A DNA stretch of 63,659 bases, filler included, from Rhabdomonas costata (lineage: Eukaryota), in assembly GCA_019059605.1 (NCBI GenBank). It is 46 parts of 46 records of this genome, joined end to end, with 100 filler letters (N's around TTAATTAATTAA, not from the genome) between each part and the next. Parts side by side here need not be neighbours in the genome. Positions count along the whole stretch, not along the records: positions 1 to 1,287 come from JAHMHO010020593.1; positions 1,388 to 2,674 come from JAHMHO010020594.1; positions 2,775 to 4,061 come from JAHMHO010020595.1; positions 4,162 to 5,448 come from JAHMHO010020596.1; positions 5,549 to 6,832 come from JAHMHO010020597.1; positions 6,933 to 8,219 come from JAHMHO010020598.1; positions 8,320 to 9,606 come from JAHMHO010020599.1; positions 9,707 to 10,993 come from JAHMHO010020600.1; 38 more parts are not named here. One strand, written 5' to 3'. Every line of letters begins with the position of its first letter. Positions within the stretch are counted from its first letter, which is position 1. A program made the translations under genes and the position numbers. This document shows, piece after piece, positions 1 to 12,091 of this stretch. The notes below the pieces were generated by a model, which did no database searches, had not been told where the DNA came from, and was given only the letters and a program-made list of their open reading frames with translations.

Positions 1-1287
1 GGATGTCGACCGCTGCCATCCTCCCGGGATCCGCCGCCTCGGCGACCACGTCGACCGCGGTTGCGGTGGAAGTGTTCTCCTCGGCGATGTTCCAGACCTT
101 GCTGGGGGAGGGCTTCTACTTCTTGCCAGACTTGCCCGCCAGCGCTGGGGATGCCTCGACTCGAGCAACCTTTGGCGCCCTGCGGCTGATGCAGCGGTGG
201 GCGCCCTGTCTCTCTCTCTCTGTGTGTGTGTGTGTCTCTGTTGCGAAAGCAAGTGCAGCCAAAGTAGGTGATACATTTGCTCATATGTGTCCAGACCTGG
301 ATGGGCGGTTTCCACAGCAGTACAGTTGAGAAAGTTTGCTATTTTTAAACATCGAAAAGTTGATTCATTTTTCTTTTTCTTGACAACTGTCTTTTGGCAT
401 AAGTCGTGCGTGTGGGCACCTTATCAGATCTCCCGCATCGTATATTTACCAGCCATAGAATAAAAATAGAAAAAGACGATAGAGCCCTGTGTCCGGACAA
501 AGCCGCTGAGCCTAAACTTATGAGCTCAAGGAGCGGCCTTTGCTTTTTGAGCGGGCTCGGCACCCTTGACGTTTGCGAGGCGCTTGCACGAATTGTTGCG
601 GTCTCCCCATGTTACGACTGACCGATCAATCCCTTTCACTCGGTGGGCCTACCTTTGAATACTCTCCCTCCCTTGCTTGCAGAACAATTATCGTGTTCAT
701 CCTGAAGTTCTGCGCAGTCTGGCTGCATTCCAGCAACAACTCGGTTGAAATCAGCTGCATTCTGGATGTTCTGCAGCGAAGACGGCAAGACGGTGAGGAT
801 CTTGCCCATCACTCCCGCTCTCGTTTTCCCATTTCCTCTTTGCTGTGGACCGATTGCAACAGAACACCGCTTTCTTGTGGTGGGGCCACAGATACAGCTG
901 TTCCTCGAGTGGCATGACACGGCATGACATGACATGACGTGACATTGAGTGAAATGGAATTACATAACATCAATGCGACCTGTGCTGGTGAGTTGCGGGA
1001 CATGGCGGGACATGGCAGCCGCAGCGCCTTTTTCCTGCATGCCTCATTTCTTTCTGCGGCTGTTCCGTGTGGAGGATCTTGACGCTGGTCATTCACTGCG
1101 ACTCGGCAGCCGCAGAAATTCAAAACGTGTTCCGTTTGAGCGTGCAGGTTTTCAATTCACCGTGTTGCCATCCAGCAGCCCTTGATTTTGGGCCTTAACT
1201 GAACTTATTTTCTGTACCCCGGTGCCAACGTGGTGCCGCAGCCCGTCTGCGAGTTTTATGTTGCTCACCTTGACTCACCAACCAACC

Positions 1288-1387
1288 NNNNNNNNNNNNN
1301 NNNNNNNNNNNNNNNNNNNNNNNNNNNNNNNTTAATTAATTAANNNNNNNNNNNNNNNNNNNNNNNNNNNNNNNNNNNNNNNNNNNN
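1288..1387. other. Artificial contig spacer (N44 + TTAATTAATTAA + N44); first of 45 identical copies spaced about every 1.39 kb
   Basis: Identical 100-nt unit with a stop-in-all-six-frames 12-mer recurs throughout the window (e.g. 2675-2774, 62274-62373); contigs are nearly equal in length. Confidence 0.99.
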
Positions 1388-1905
1388 TTTTTGTGTGGTG
1401 TGCCGATGTTTTCCCGGTTTGCCCATGACATTCGCTTTTGTTTTTTTTGCCTTTCACTTTTGACGAGGTGCGGGCCGTATGTTCACCATCTTTGCTTAAT
1501 CCAGCGGACCCCATGGGGATTCAAATGTGTGCGGAAGTCTGATGCGTTTGCACCCCGCGAATGCCGCAGTCAAACATTAACGAAGCCGCCAATCAACGAA
1601 TCCCCAGCGTGTTTGTGTGCGAGTGACCTTTCTCAGCTGTGATCCCACGTTTGGTCATGCCCGAGACTCGAGTCCATGGTGGGCGCCGAGGCGTGTTCCC
1701 CACTAGGCACCTGCTGGGCCCCATGTTTCACAGGGGAAGTCCTGGTTGGGGTAGGGCCAGAGTTGCCTTCCCCGCGTGCTTGGGCGAGGGCAGCTGTAAG
1801 GCGGAGAATATGATTCGAGAGCCAATTTCGCCTGGCAGTTTGCATACGAGGGTTTACCCTTCACATCCAGCTCAGTGTGTGTTGGTTGGTTGGTGGGTTG
1901 GACAG

Positions 1906-2178
1906 AAGGATGCGTACGAGTGGCGCTTCCATGTTCGTCCCAACTCGACTACCCGCAGTCGCACGGAGGGTGTGGGCATCTTCTATCGTGCCTCCAAGCT
2001 TCGGCTGGTAAAGGCAGAGTTTGTGGTTTTCAACAACTTTCCCGAGTGTACCCTGACCAAGGGGGAACGCACCGACAACGGCGCGTGGGTGGGGGTGTTT
2101 TCGGTGGTCGGGAACGGCGCCGGCGGCCCCCGGATTCTGGTTGGAAGTGCATACCTGCACTTCGACCCCCAGAAAGAG
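1906..2178 (+). CDS. Internal exon of a CCR4/nocturnin/angel-like EEP-family nuclease/phosphatase
   Basis: cag|...|gt-bounded 273-nt exon: EGVGIFYRASKLRLVKAEFVVF...RTDNGAWVGVF...ILVGSAYLHFDPQKE, matching the CCR4 G-x-A-I-F-Y/R and V-A-N-x-H-x-H-W-D-P motifs. Confidence 0.75.
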
Positions 2179-5100
2179 GTCCGTTCTGTCTCCCCATCCT
2201 CCCTCCCCATCAATGGAGAACAGGTTGGTGGCCTCACTACGTCTCGTGTGTGTGTGTGAGTGTGTTTGGGGACTTGTTTCTGTGAGAAAACTTCATTTGA
2301 TATTCCAAGAATTCCTGGTGATTTGGAATTGTATTGGCTGCTAACTCATCTTTGTACGGGAAGGTTTCCATGCATACTTGTGAGCGCGGCAAGGTCCTTT
2401 TTGAAGCGGGGTAAAGTGGACAAACATAAGCACAAACATAAACAAAAGTACAAAAAACCTCCGTGCGAGCACCCAGGCTTGTCGCGTCTTAAGTTAGGGG
2501 CAGCTTTTCTTTTCTTTCCATCATCGCTCTCCTTCACGTATGTGTGTGTGTGTGTGTGTGTTTCTTTTCTTTCTTTACATCGCACAATCATACACAAGCA
2601 CAAACAAACAGACACAACTGTTCCTAATCAAAGAAGGCGAAGGTGCATCCTGGATCTCCCCCCACACCCAACACNNNNNNNNNNNNNNNNNNNNNNNNNN
2701 NNNNNNNNNNNNNNNNNNTTAATTAATTAANNNNNNNNNNNNNNNNNNNNNNNNNNNNNNNNNNNNNNNNNNNNTTTGTTGATTAATTTGGAAAACACGC
2801 TAGGAAATTTTCCCTCCAAATTTCAGCGGTAGACTTGCATTTTTAATAAATTTATATCCAGTCAGTAGAAACCACGCAATACTGTACAAATAATGGGCGA
2901 CGATGGGATGAGTGGATGAAAGCGCCTGATGTAACGCAAGGGGACTCGAGCCAAGGTGAGGGTTGAGGCAACTGCGCAGCACGAGTGTGAGGAAAAGAAA
3001 CATCCTGTCAAAATAACTGTGTTGTGTCAAAGGTAGTGGGTTGTCCAGCCACGATTTGGCCCGCAAGATGGATGAGGGAAGAATGGGAAAGAGAACGAAC
3101 ATAAAATTCGACTGTAGTGGATGATAATGGTACTTGTCAATGGGCACAACAGTAAAGATGATTTCGTGTGGGGGGAAAGGTTTAATGGGAAAGATGTAAG
3201 CGAATTCGATAGAATTTCTGGAGAAAATAGTGGATGGCGCGGATCTGATACAAAAGGGGTGTTTTGTGTTGGCAGAAGCCAATGCGTAAGAATGATGCTT
3301 CGTGGTAGTGCACAAAGGACTGAGGCATCATTGGGATATAATATACAGACTTAGCAGAGCTTGAGACCGAGTTCTGTGTTCTAAGCGAACACAACACCAC
3401 CACCCACTAGTGGCAATGGTGATCAAAAGCTCACGTAATAAATGTGGCAGCAAATGGGCTTGAGTGAAGTTGAAAAGACGAGTATGAAGTGTTTCTGTGA
3501 AGGGTTTGGATGATTTTAAAATGGGTGAAGTCATAATGGTGAAGTCAAAGTGGACAAGAGTGACTAGAGGGATGGTGAAGGCTAAGGAACTTCGTAATCT
3601 TGAGGATGAGGGTAATTAATGGCATTAGACTGTGTAAATGACATACTCCGAGTTTTCATCTTGAGTTCCACGGCGGTGACCTACCAAGTAGGCCGGGGTT
3701 CGCGGAACAAGGGCTGGCTGGCTGTATGGGTTCCGAGTTTCCTCTGTGGACGAGGGCGTTGGACGTGGAGCGTTCGTGAAGAAGACGTCACGTTAAGCTG
3801 GTTTAACGGTGTGGCAAAATTTTGGGTATAAAAAATGACACACAAGGAAAAAGAATGAAAATGTAACAACAAGTAAAAGCAAGTGAAAAGGAAAACGTAG
3901 GCACGCACTATGATAATTTGTTTCAGTGTGTGGTACGATAGGGCAACTACACAACAAGAAGATACCTAATTACTGACGTGCAATGGACGTAGCAGCAACA
4001 CAGAGATACACCAATAAAGTGCAACGACATACAAACACACGTGAAAGAGAAAGGCAATGTANNNNNNNNNNNNNNNNNNNNNNNNNNNNNNNNNNNNNNN
4101 NNNNNTTAATTAATTAANNNNNNNNNNNNNNNNNNNNNNNNNNNNNNNNNNNNNNNNNNNNTGGCCCTGGCTGGGGGCGTTGGCTCCCGAGCTTTGGCGG
4201 GAACGGGGCAGAATAGCTGTTGGATTTCTGGACTTCTCTTGCTTTGGCTTCCGCGGGCTGCTATCATTTCAAAGGGGTTCCCGGTTGAGGTCCCGGTAAC
4301 GCCTAAACCACGCCTTCCCCCAACCCAAAAACAAGGCAAGCAAGAAGGGAACGGCAACGAAGCACAGCACAAGTGAAGCGAGAAGGTTCAGCAATACACC
4401 TTTAGCCCTGACGCGCCCCTGCCTCCCTTCAAGCTGGCTCCGCTGAGTTTTTTTTAGCTGTGACCAATAAAACGGGCGCACGACTTTCAAATCACAACCT
4501 TAAGGCATCGCAAAAACCAAAATATACCCAAATGCAACCCAACCAAAAATCGTCCAAAATCGGACGTCGGTTTCCAGACCTTTACATGGATCTTTCTCCT
4601 AATCTCCTGAAACCGACGTTGAAGAACACCAACATGTTCCTCTTTTAATCCTCCATCCGCCCGTCTTGAAATTCCCTCTTTCTGCCAGTTTTTCATCTCG
4701 TCGATCCTCGCCGGACAAAAGCATGAACATGCGCATCGAGGACTGCTTGTATCCCCGTCAACCTTTATATCATTTATATCTCTTCTGCAATCCTTTTTGT
4801 CTTGCATCAAGCCTTTCCCGTCTACTTCCTATCTTCTTATATCTTGGGTGCGCTTCATCTATTCTCACCTCTGCTTGCTGGCTGCTCTCCTTTTCCCTGT
4901 GCCTTTCGCTGCCGTGTCTTCCTGATTTTTCGTCTTTTCCACTTACCTTCCCCATCATTTCTCTATCTCTCTCTCTATCTCCCTCTATCTCTCCGGTTCG
5001 GCCTTCTCTCATCCTTTCCCTCTCTAGCTTTGCTTTTCTGCAGTGCAGTGTGTCAGATGCTCTTGCTCTTGCTTCCCCTTCGTCCTCATCTTTCTTCCCA

Positions 5101-5775
5101 TTCAACTGCTCCCATATATCTCCCGTGAATTCCTCCACCGGCTTTATCCAAATGCACCACTGCCTCATCAACTCTTGACATTTTCTGAGTCTCATCTCAC
5201 CAACAGAATTTATCTCTGCTCTTGCGGCTGCAACGCTCTTTTCTCTCCTCCACTGATCTTCTTTCGCCAGTCAACCATCCTTCCAAGTTTTGAAAATCGA
5301 ACACTCGAAAATCGAACAACATGTTATTTATTTCTTCATCCACTCGTAGACTCCCTACGTGTCCTGAGCCGTTACAGCCTAGAGCGCCCGTTAAAACGCC
5401 GCGAATGATTTCTGACACATACAAGACGCCTCCAGCACCCACAAAAACNNNNNNNNNNNNNNNNNNNNNNNNNNNNNNNNNNNNNNNNNNNNTTAATTAA
5501 TTAANNNNNNNNNNNNNNNNNNNNNNNNNNNNNNNNNNNNNNNNNNNNTTTGTGTTGTAATATGAGGTACTTAGTGTGCCATCTTCCATGTGGGAAGGGA
5601 GGGCGTGGGGACTTTTGCAATAAACTGAGTGCTTGTTGAAGCAAGAAAAAAGTAAAAAGAAGTCAAGGAAGACGTCCGCTGGACTCTCCACCGACGGTAA
5701 ATTTTGGGTTGAGGTTGGTCCAAGACCTCTTTCCAGTTGCAAAGAGCTGAACAATGCCACGTTTCTCTGCTCGTA

Positions 5776-5835
5776 CTCTGCTCTGCTCTGCTCTGCTCTG
5801 CTCTGCTCTGCTCTGCTCTGCTCTGCTCTGCTCTG
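5776..5835 (+). repeat. (CTCTG)12 intronic microsatellite
   Basis: Perfect pentamer array. Confidence 0.97.
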
Positions 5836-5875
5836 GGGGTTTATTCCCCTATGTCCTCTCTCTTTTGGGGCGCAG

Positions 5876-6618
5876 GCCTCCCTTTGAGGGCCTTTGCACG
5901 ACCTATATGGAGCGGGCGATGTTTTCGGCTCGCTCCAGTGCTGGCGGAATGGAGGCCAGTCCTAGCCCTGCCGGCTCCGGTGAAGCTCGAGTGGCAGTCT
6001 CGGGGGCAGTCCAGCCCTTGGCTGGGATGCGGCTGCCCGAGGACCTCAGCAAGCCCCTGTCGCACACAGCACCAGGGGCGGGGATATCGCCGTTCCGGTG
6101 CTTCTGGACTCACCGGCAGTGGCTGGCACAGAGGCAGGCACGTCGCTCCCGCTCCCACTTCCCATACCCTCCAAAGTTTGGCACCCCTTTTGTGCGGCAA
6201 TGCCCTCCAAAGTTTTGCATTACTATACTTTGCTTCACTATGTACACTTCAGCTCAACGCTAGAGTTAGTTTTCGTCGCCGAAAATCTCTGGTTCCAAGC
6301 ACTCATTTGCAAAATTGCTTCACAACTCGAATTCTTTAAGGCGGGCACCAGGCTTTCAGTTCAGGCATTAAGGCACTTTTGCAAACCGAGCAGCTGTCAA
6401 GATTGTTGTGGGGCTGGCTGACGGTGGAATGTCTCTTTCTGCAGTACTCGCAGGAGATGGGCCCCTGGACTCTGTACTTCGGCTGCCGGGACCCCGAAGC
6501 AGACTTCCTGTTCTCTGAGGAGATCGCGGCCTGCGTCTCATCCGGGGTTCTGCCAAAAGCTCGGGTGGCGTTTTCCAGGCAAGCAGGGCAACCCAAGCGC
6601 TACGTCTGGAACGCTATG
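5876..6618 (+). CDS. Diflavin reductase FAD/NADPH module, nitric-oxide-synthase-like (exons 5876-6137 and 6445-6618)
   Basis: GLCTTYM; LPEDLSKPL..PGAGISPFRCFW.HR; LYFGCRDPEADFLFSEE; AFSRQAGQPKRYV. Exons join in phase 0 through a GC-AG intron. Confidence 0.85.
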
Positions 6619-6937
6619 GTGCGCATTTCTGTCTTTTCTGTCTTCGAAGAGACAGAAAAGCTTCTGCTTCTCTGCCACTGAAATTTGTGGCTCGCTCGCT
6701 CGATACCCCACAATTGTAAGGACTGCACTTGAGAAATTGCTTCGGCTGTACCTGTTCTCACAAGTTCTGCAGCAAGCCAGCATATAGGATGCTTCTCCCC
6801 CTTCTTTTCGCCGTTTTGCACTGTGCAGCGCCNNNNNNNNNNNNNNNNNNNNNNNNNNNNNNNNNNNNNNNNNNNNTTAATTAATTAANNNNNNNNNNNN
6901 NNNNNNNNNNNNNNNNNNNNNNNNNNNNNNNNTTGAT

Positions 6938-7079
6938 TCACTTCACTTCACTTCACTTCACTTCACTTCACTTCGCTTCACTTCACTTCACTTTACTTCA
7001 CTTCACTTCACTTCACTTCACTTCACTTCACTTCACTTCACTTCACTTCACTTCACTTCACTTCACGTCACGTCACTTC
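6938..7079 (+). repeat. (CACTT)n microsatellite, about 28 units with a few variants
   Basis: Direct observation. Confidence 0.97.
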
Positions 7080-7258
7080 TGCCTGTGTGTTCTCCCCAGA
7101 AAAAACTCATCCTTGCCAGGTGCACCAAGTGTGGGGGTGTGTCTTGTGGTAAGGGTCATGTCTTGACGGTCAGTGGAGTATTTGTAGAGTCCAGTGGCCT
7201 ACCACTGCACAAGATCCCAGGTTTTTGGTGTTTTGCTGCCCTATTCGTGTCCGTTCAG

Positions 7259-7394
7259 GTTTGACTCCCCGCAGTGGAATCCCTGGCACGACCGTGCGGA
7301 GGTCCGCCGGCATCGGCGAGGGTTCGAGGGGTGGCCTGCCTACCGCCTGTGGTGGGACGTCTACGAGGACATGCACTACCGGCACTTCCTGGTG
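7259..7394 (+). CDS. Probable internal exon, unknown protein
   Basis: cag|...|gt boundaries, GC3-rich codons, FDSPQWNPWHDRAEVRRHRRGFEGWPAYRLWWDVYEDMHYRHFLV. Confidence 0.5.
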
Positions 7395-8649
7395 GTACCC
7401 TGTGTGTGAGTGTGGGATCGGTGCGGATTCAGCATGATAGCGACCTTGTTCGGGTTAATGTGATGTACGCGCGCTCGCCAGTAGCGGGCAACCCCACCCC
7501 CCGGTTTTCTTGATATGGTTGTGACGATACCTTCGTGGCGGATGTTTCTTGATGAATGCAACAAATGCGGCATTCCGTAAACCGAGTTGCGACCTGTACC
7601 AGGGAGTAGTAGTGATCAGAAAGTGGTGGAAAGTGGGTGGGTCGCAGAAGTGTCTCAGAGCTTTGCAGGGTGAGCTTCGGCTTTTGGTGTTCGGCGTCTC
7701 AGGTCAAGTTGGGCTACTGACCGCGGGTTTAGCACCGTGTGGCGCCTAAAGCGTGGTGCTGAGTGAATTGAGTGGTTGTGGAGCTGAGAGAATTGAATGA
7801 AGAGACTCAGAACGCCGTGAAAATAGATGACGTGAATTCATGTATGCTACCGTGGCTTCTTACATTTAACTCCACTTATTCCCGAAAAGGAAAGGCGCGC
7901 GCTTGTCTCTCGCACAATGTCCGACGAGAGGTGTTCCGCATTCTTCTCTGAGGGAAGATTTATGGAGACGCCGGACTGTACACTTCGGCAACTGCCGAGC
8001 ATCCCTGTCGTCCACTGCTGCCTTGCAAGTGGTACACAGAAACTTTGCATTCACACAATTGGCTTGTGGAGAGAGCGGAAACAGAATAAAATGCAAATAA
8101 AATGCGAATAAAATGCAAAGAAGCTGTCCAGCATTTCGTTCAAAACCCTAGATAAATGTGATGGCTGCGATAGCAGTGGCGAATTTGGCGAACTTTTAGG
8201 ACTTTATCAACCACACACCNNNNNNNNNNNNNNNNNNNNNNNNNNNNNNNNNNNNNNNNNNNNTTAATTAATTAANNNNNNNNNNNNNNNNNNNNNNNNN
8301 NNNNNNNNNNNNNNNNNNNGTGTGGGTGTCGGCTGAGATTCAGGATCCGCAGCTGGTTCCTGGAGACTGCGGCCTGTCTCAGCTGGGGGTAAGGGAGATT
8401 GACAGCCGCGGGTTTTTGCTGGCTCCTGCTGATCACGAATTGAAGGTGGCACGGAATGACCCGATTCGGGTTCCGTAATGGGCTCTGTGAAGCCTTCACT
8501 GCAAACCTCAACTGAAGCCAGAGGTGGCTCCTGCTGCTGCTGCCTGCTGCTGCTGAACTCTGGAGGCAGCGACTCCTCAGGAAGCCGCTCGTAGATGGAT
8601 ATTATCATACTGAGGGGTACTGTCGATAATGGTCCGGCCGATGTGATCC

Positions 8650-9300
8650 ATTAGTCTTTAGCATGTAACCCCATACCATCGAAAACCTCCTTGACGCTGA
8701 TGTCCGTGGAGTGCCAACCGTGGAAGACAAATTGGCTCCACACCGTCTGCACGAGCCGCCGTGGATACCCGCGCCGCATGGCGTTCCGGAAAGTGTTTAC
8801 GACAGAGTGTTTAAAGTCCTTCATGTGGATACATGTTTCCTTCTCGTTCACCATGCGGCCCGTATCACTCATCCGAGCTGCTGTGTGTGTCCACGGTGCT
8901 AAACTCTGTGCACCTCACGATGTGGCAGGTACTTCTCCTCCAGGTCGTTCACCGTGGTGTGGACATCCATCTACACCACTCGCTGGATATACACCTTCAC
9001 GCACAGACACTACAGTCACCTTGTAATCCACGCCGGACACCTCATCTGGAGGGAACCTGAAGCCGGGAAGCTTGGCGGATTACATGTCTTCAATGAAGCG
9101 AGACACATCTGGTAATACCACTCCTTCTCCACCGGGTAGCAGGCGAGGCTGGCAATCTAATGTGCATCCGGCATGCCCATGGGCATCCACGTGATATGCC
9201 GGCGCACACAACCTTCGTTGCAGGTGTAGTTGTGCAACATCAGGAACTTGAGTAGGTCGTGCACCTCGTAGATCTTGTGGCACTCGCCAAGCCTGTTGGT
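8650..9300 (-). mobile_element. Decayed Penelope-like retroelement reverse transcriptase and thumb region
   Basis: Minus strand LLKFLMLHNY...MPMGMP..*IASLACYPVEKE, then SRFIEDM (9086-9100, degenerate RYIDD), then FRNAMRRGYPRRLV; in-frame stop and frameshifts. Confidence 0.7.
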
Positions 9301-11204
9301 CAAAAGCGTAGAGAAGGAGCGTCGGAGCCATACTGGAATGGGTAATATGTCAACAAAGCGAGGAATGCCTCACCACTTGATGTGCAGACTTTCTAGAGTA
9401 TGGCCTCGAAGTGGAAGCTTGTGTACATCGCCGTGAAGAAGGACGTCTGGTCGAGGATGGCCTGTGTATTTTTCCGCACAATATGGCCCGTTTCATCTCA
9501 AAAGTGAGAATTTCCCCAGCAAAATTCAAACAGTCAAAATTCTGAGGAAACGTGCACACCAAATGAAGAGTTTCCTTCAGTTGGCTTAAAACAACCACTA
9601 TCAACANNNNNNNNNNNNNNNNNNNNNNNNNNNNNNNNNNNNNNNNNNNNTTAATTAATTAANNNNNNNNNNNNNNNNNNNNNNNNNNNNNNNNNNNNNN
9701 NNNNNNGGTGTTTTTGCCTTGGAAACGATTGATACAACGCGCACGCGCGCGCACACGCACATACCGATGCCTGCTCGCTGCCCTTGCACACCTTCTTCCT
9801 CGTTGCTAACGTAAGGGTGCTGAGCCAGCTGTGCATCCCCAGGCCCAGCTGCTCTCACCAGGATGAGGGAAGAAAGGGATTGTGCTCAGTCTCCGACTCA
9901 GACGACCTGTTTCTTGCACGGGATGAGTGCAAGCCTCCCCCTACTTACAGTACAGGCTGCTGTTGCCCCTCTCGTGGATATTTGGGCGGCAAGTACTTTC
10001 GGATTGTGGTGCTTTCTGGGAAAATGCGGGGAGGGAGTTTGTTGTGAGTTATTCAAAGAAAGTGTGTGTTCCATTTTGGTAGGATATAAAGCAGATATAT
10101 CATTGGACTGCCTAAAAATGACCTCCGGGAGCTGTGGGTTGTTGTACATTTTCTTTGGGGTTGCCGCTAGTTGTCCCTCGGCTCACTAGGACTTGTGGTG
10201 GGTCGCTCCAGATGGGAGCTGTAGGGTTTGGAGTGCTCTTCTATTCCTAAAAAATGAAGGTGACAACAGTGTTCTTTGCGAGTGACGTGGAAAGCAAGGA
10301 AAAACAGAAAGCAAATACAGTGGGAAGCAATCGGAAGCAGAAAGGGATCAGCGCAGTGTCTGTCTCTAAAAATTCTATTCCATAATTTCTGCAGAACCCG
10401 GCTGCTGAAAGCTCGGAAGCTGCGGCCCAACTGGTTCACCCATGAGAACCTCAGCCCTAACGGTGTCGACTCCCGCCCCTCGACCACCCCTCGTCTCTTG
10501 GCTTCTTCGTGGGCCCCACTTAGTATTCGCAACTGACGTGTCATAAACGAGTGAAGCCGACTCTTTCTGTCTGGTTTCCATGCTTCCGATCTTTCGATGA
10601 GTCGGGAAGAATGATGCTTTCTGGCCCCTTTCTTCGATGTCCGTGAAGCTCCAGCCCGTGCCGCTTGGCACAGATCTCTGAAGCAAAACGTTGCACACAG
10701 CTGACGTGTGAAAAGAAGCAGACGGAGTTGACGAGAATCCCCACAGTAATTTTACGATAGTTTGAAATTTGGGAACATTGAGAAGGGAATCAACCTTTAA
10801 CAAAGGAGCGCGGGGAGTGTGTGAAACGAAGGGTCACGTTCCTGAGCAACTCGCGCTGGCACCTGTGCTCTGCCCTCCCACATAGCATGGTCACTGAGCC
10901 GCTCCGAGTGGATGGACCTGGTTGAGGCCGAGTGCCCGTACCTGTCCCAGCAAACACTCAAGTATTCTTGACTCCCACTTAACCCACACAACCNNNNNNN
11001 NNNNNNNNNNNNNNNNNNNNNNNNNNNNNNNNNNNNNTTAATTAATTAANNNNNNNNNNNNNNNNNNNNNNNNNNNNNNNNNNNNNNNNNNNNGTTTTGT
11101 TGTTTAAGGCGAGGGCTGAAATCTGCCCTTTACCGATTTCGATTTCAGATGCATTTCACCAGCTTTTTTTATGCCCTCCCTGTCCCTGTCCCTTTCCCTC
11201 TCAG

Positions 11205-12091
11205 CGTTGGTGGGAAGCGGCAGCAGACTGCGATGTACGCGGGCCACAACCAGACCCTCAACCAGGTGTGCGCTGGTGTGTAGGTGCGTGTCACGCGAGG
11301 CGGTAGAACACGCTGGACCATCAGATAAAAACATCCGCATAAATCTGTGTATGTATGTGTGTGCGGTATGAGTTATGAAGCGACCACATAGCGGGAGAAA
11401 GCCGCTTGGTGATGGAGCGACCTCCGCAGCGCTATCCTTCCCTTACGCCAATGTCTGACCCCCTCCAATGCTCCACCATAGTCCTTTATCTTCGGGGTGC
11501 CGCGCGCACGATCTGTTCATTCCACTCAGATCCTGGCTGAGCTGGATGGCTTCAAGACGTCGGAGACGGTGGTGGTGATCGCGGCGACGAACCACGGGCA
11601 AGTTCTGGACAAGGCCCTGACCCGTCCGGGCCGCTTTGACCTGAAGATCCCCATCCACCACCCTGATGTCCGGGGACGCGAGGAGGTCTTGCGGCTGTAC
11701 TTGGTGTGCATGTGTGTGTCTGTGTGTGTTGTCTCTGGCCTCATCCTTTTTCTTCATATCTCATCTTTTCCAATTTTATGTCCAAAATTTGGAACCTGCC
11801 CTTCTGATGTTTGCTCTTTATTGTTCATTGGAAATTGTTCAGTTACTCGAATGACATTATAACCCTCCGTTGGATACGCTGCGGAAGCTCCCCTGCTCTG
11901 CTTTTATTTTGAGGCTGAGGTTCACTGCGGGCATTGGGTCTCCGTGTCCAGCGCTTGCTTGGCTTGCGCTATACCGCTGTTGTATTCGCCTTGTGTTTCC
12001 GCAGAGCCGAATTGAGGCGGACGAGAGCATAGACCCCAAGATTCTGGCCCGGGCTACGCCTGGGATGGTCGGCGCCGACCTGCAGAACTTG
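11205..12091 (+). CDS. FtsH/YME1-family AAA+ protease, AAA domain (exons 11205-11265, 11530-11703, 12005-12091)
   Basis: VGGKR...QTLNQ|ILAELDGF...VIAATN...LDKALTRPGRFD...PDVRGREEVL|...LARATPGMVGADLQNL; GT-AG introns in phase. Confidence 0.93.

Noticed and set aside
1332-1343. TTAATTAATTAA recurring at regular spacing as a biological repeat or CRISPR-like array
   Set aside because: Always centred in 44+44 Ns; it is an assembly linker. ORFs ending in X...LIN are artefacts of it.
2775-4061. Minus-strand ORFs 2800-3315, 3328-3534 and 3681-3908 as one gene or a variant genetic code
   Set aside because: They are not joined by a consistent stop reassignment and show no recognisable motif; at most decayed repeat DNA.
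4487-5408. Charged or hydrophobic ORFs on both strands
   Set aside because: Explained by CT/GA-rich low complexity; no domain recognised.
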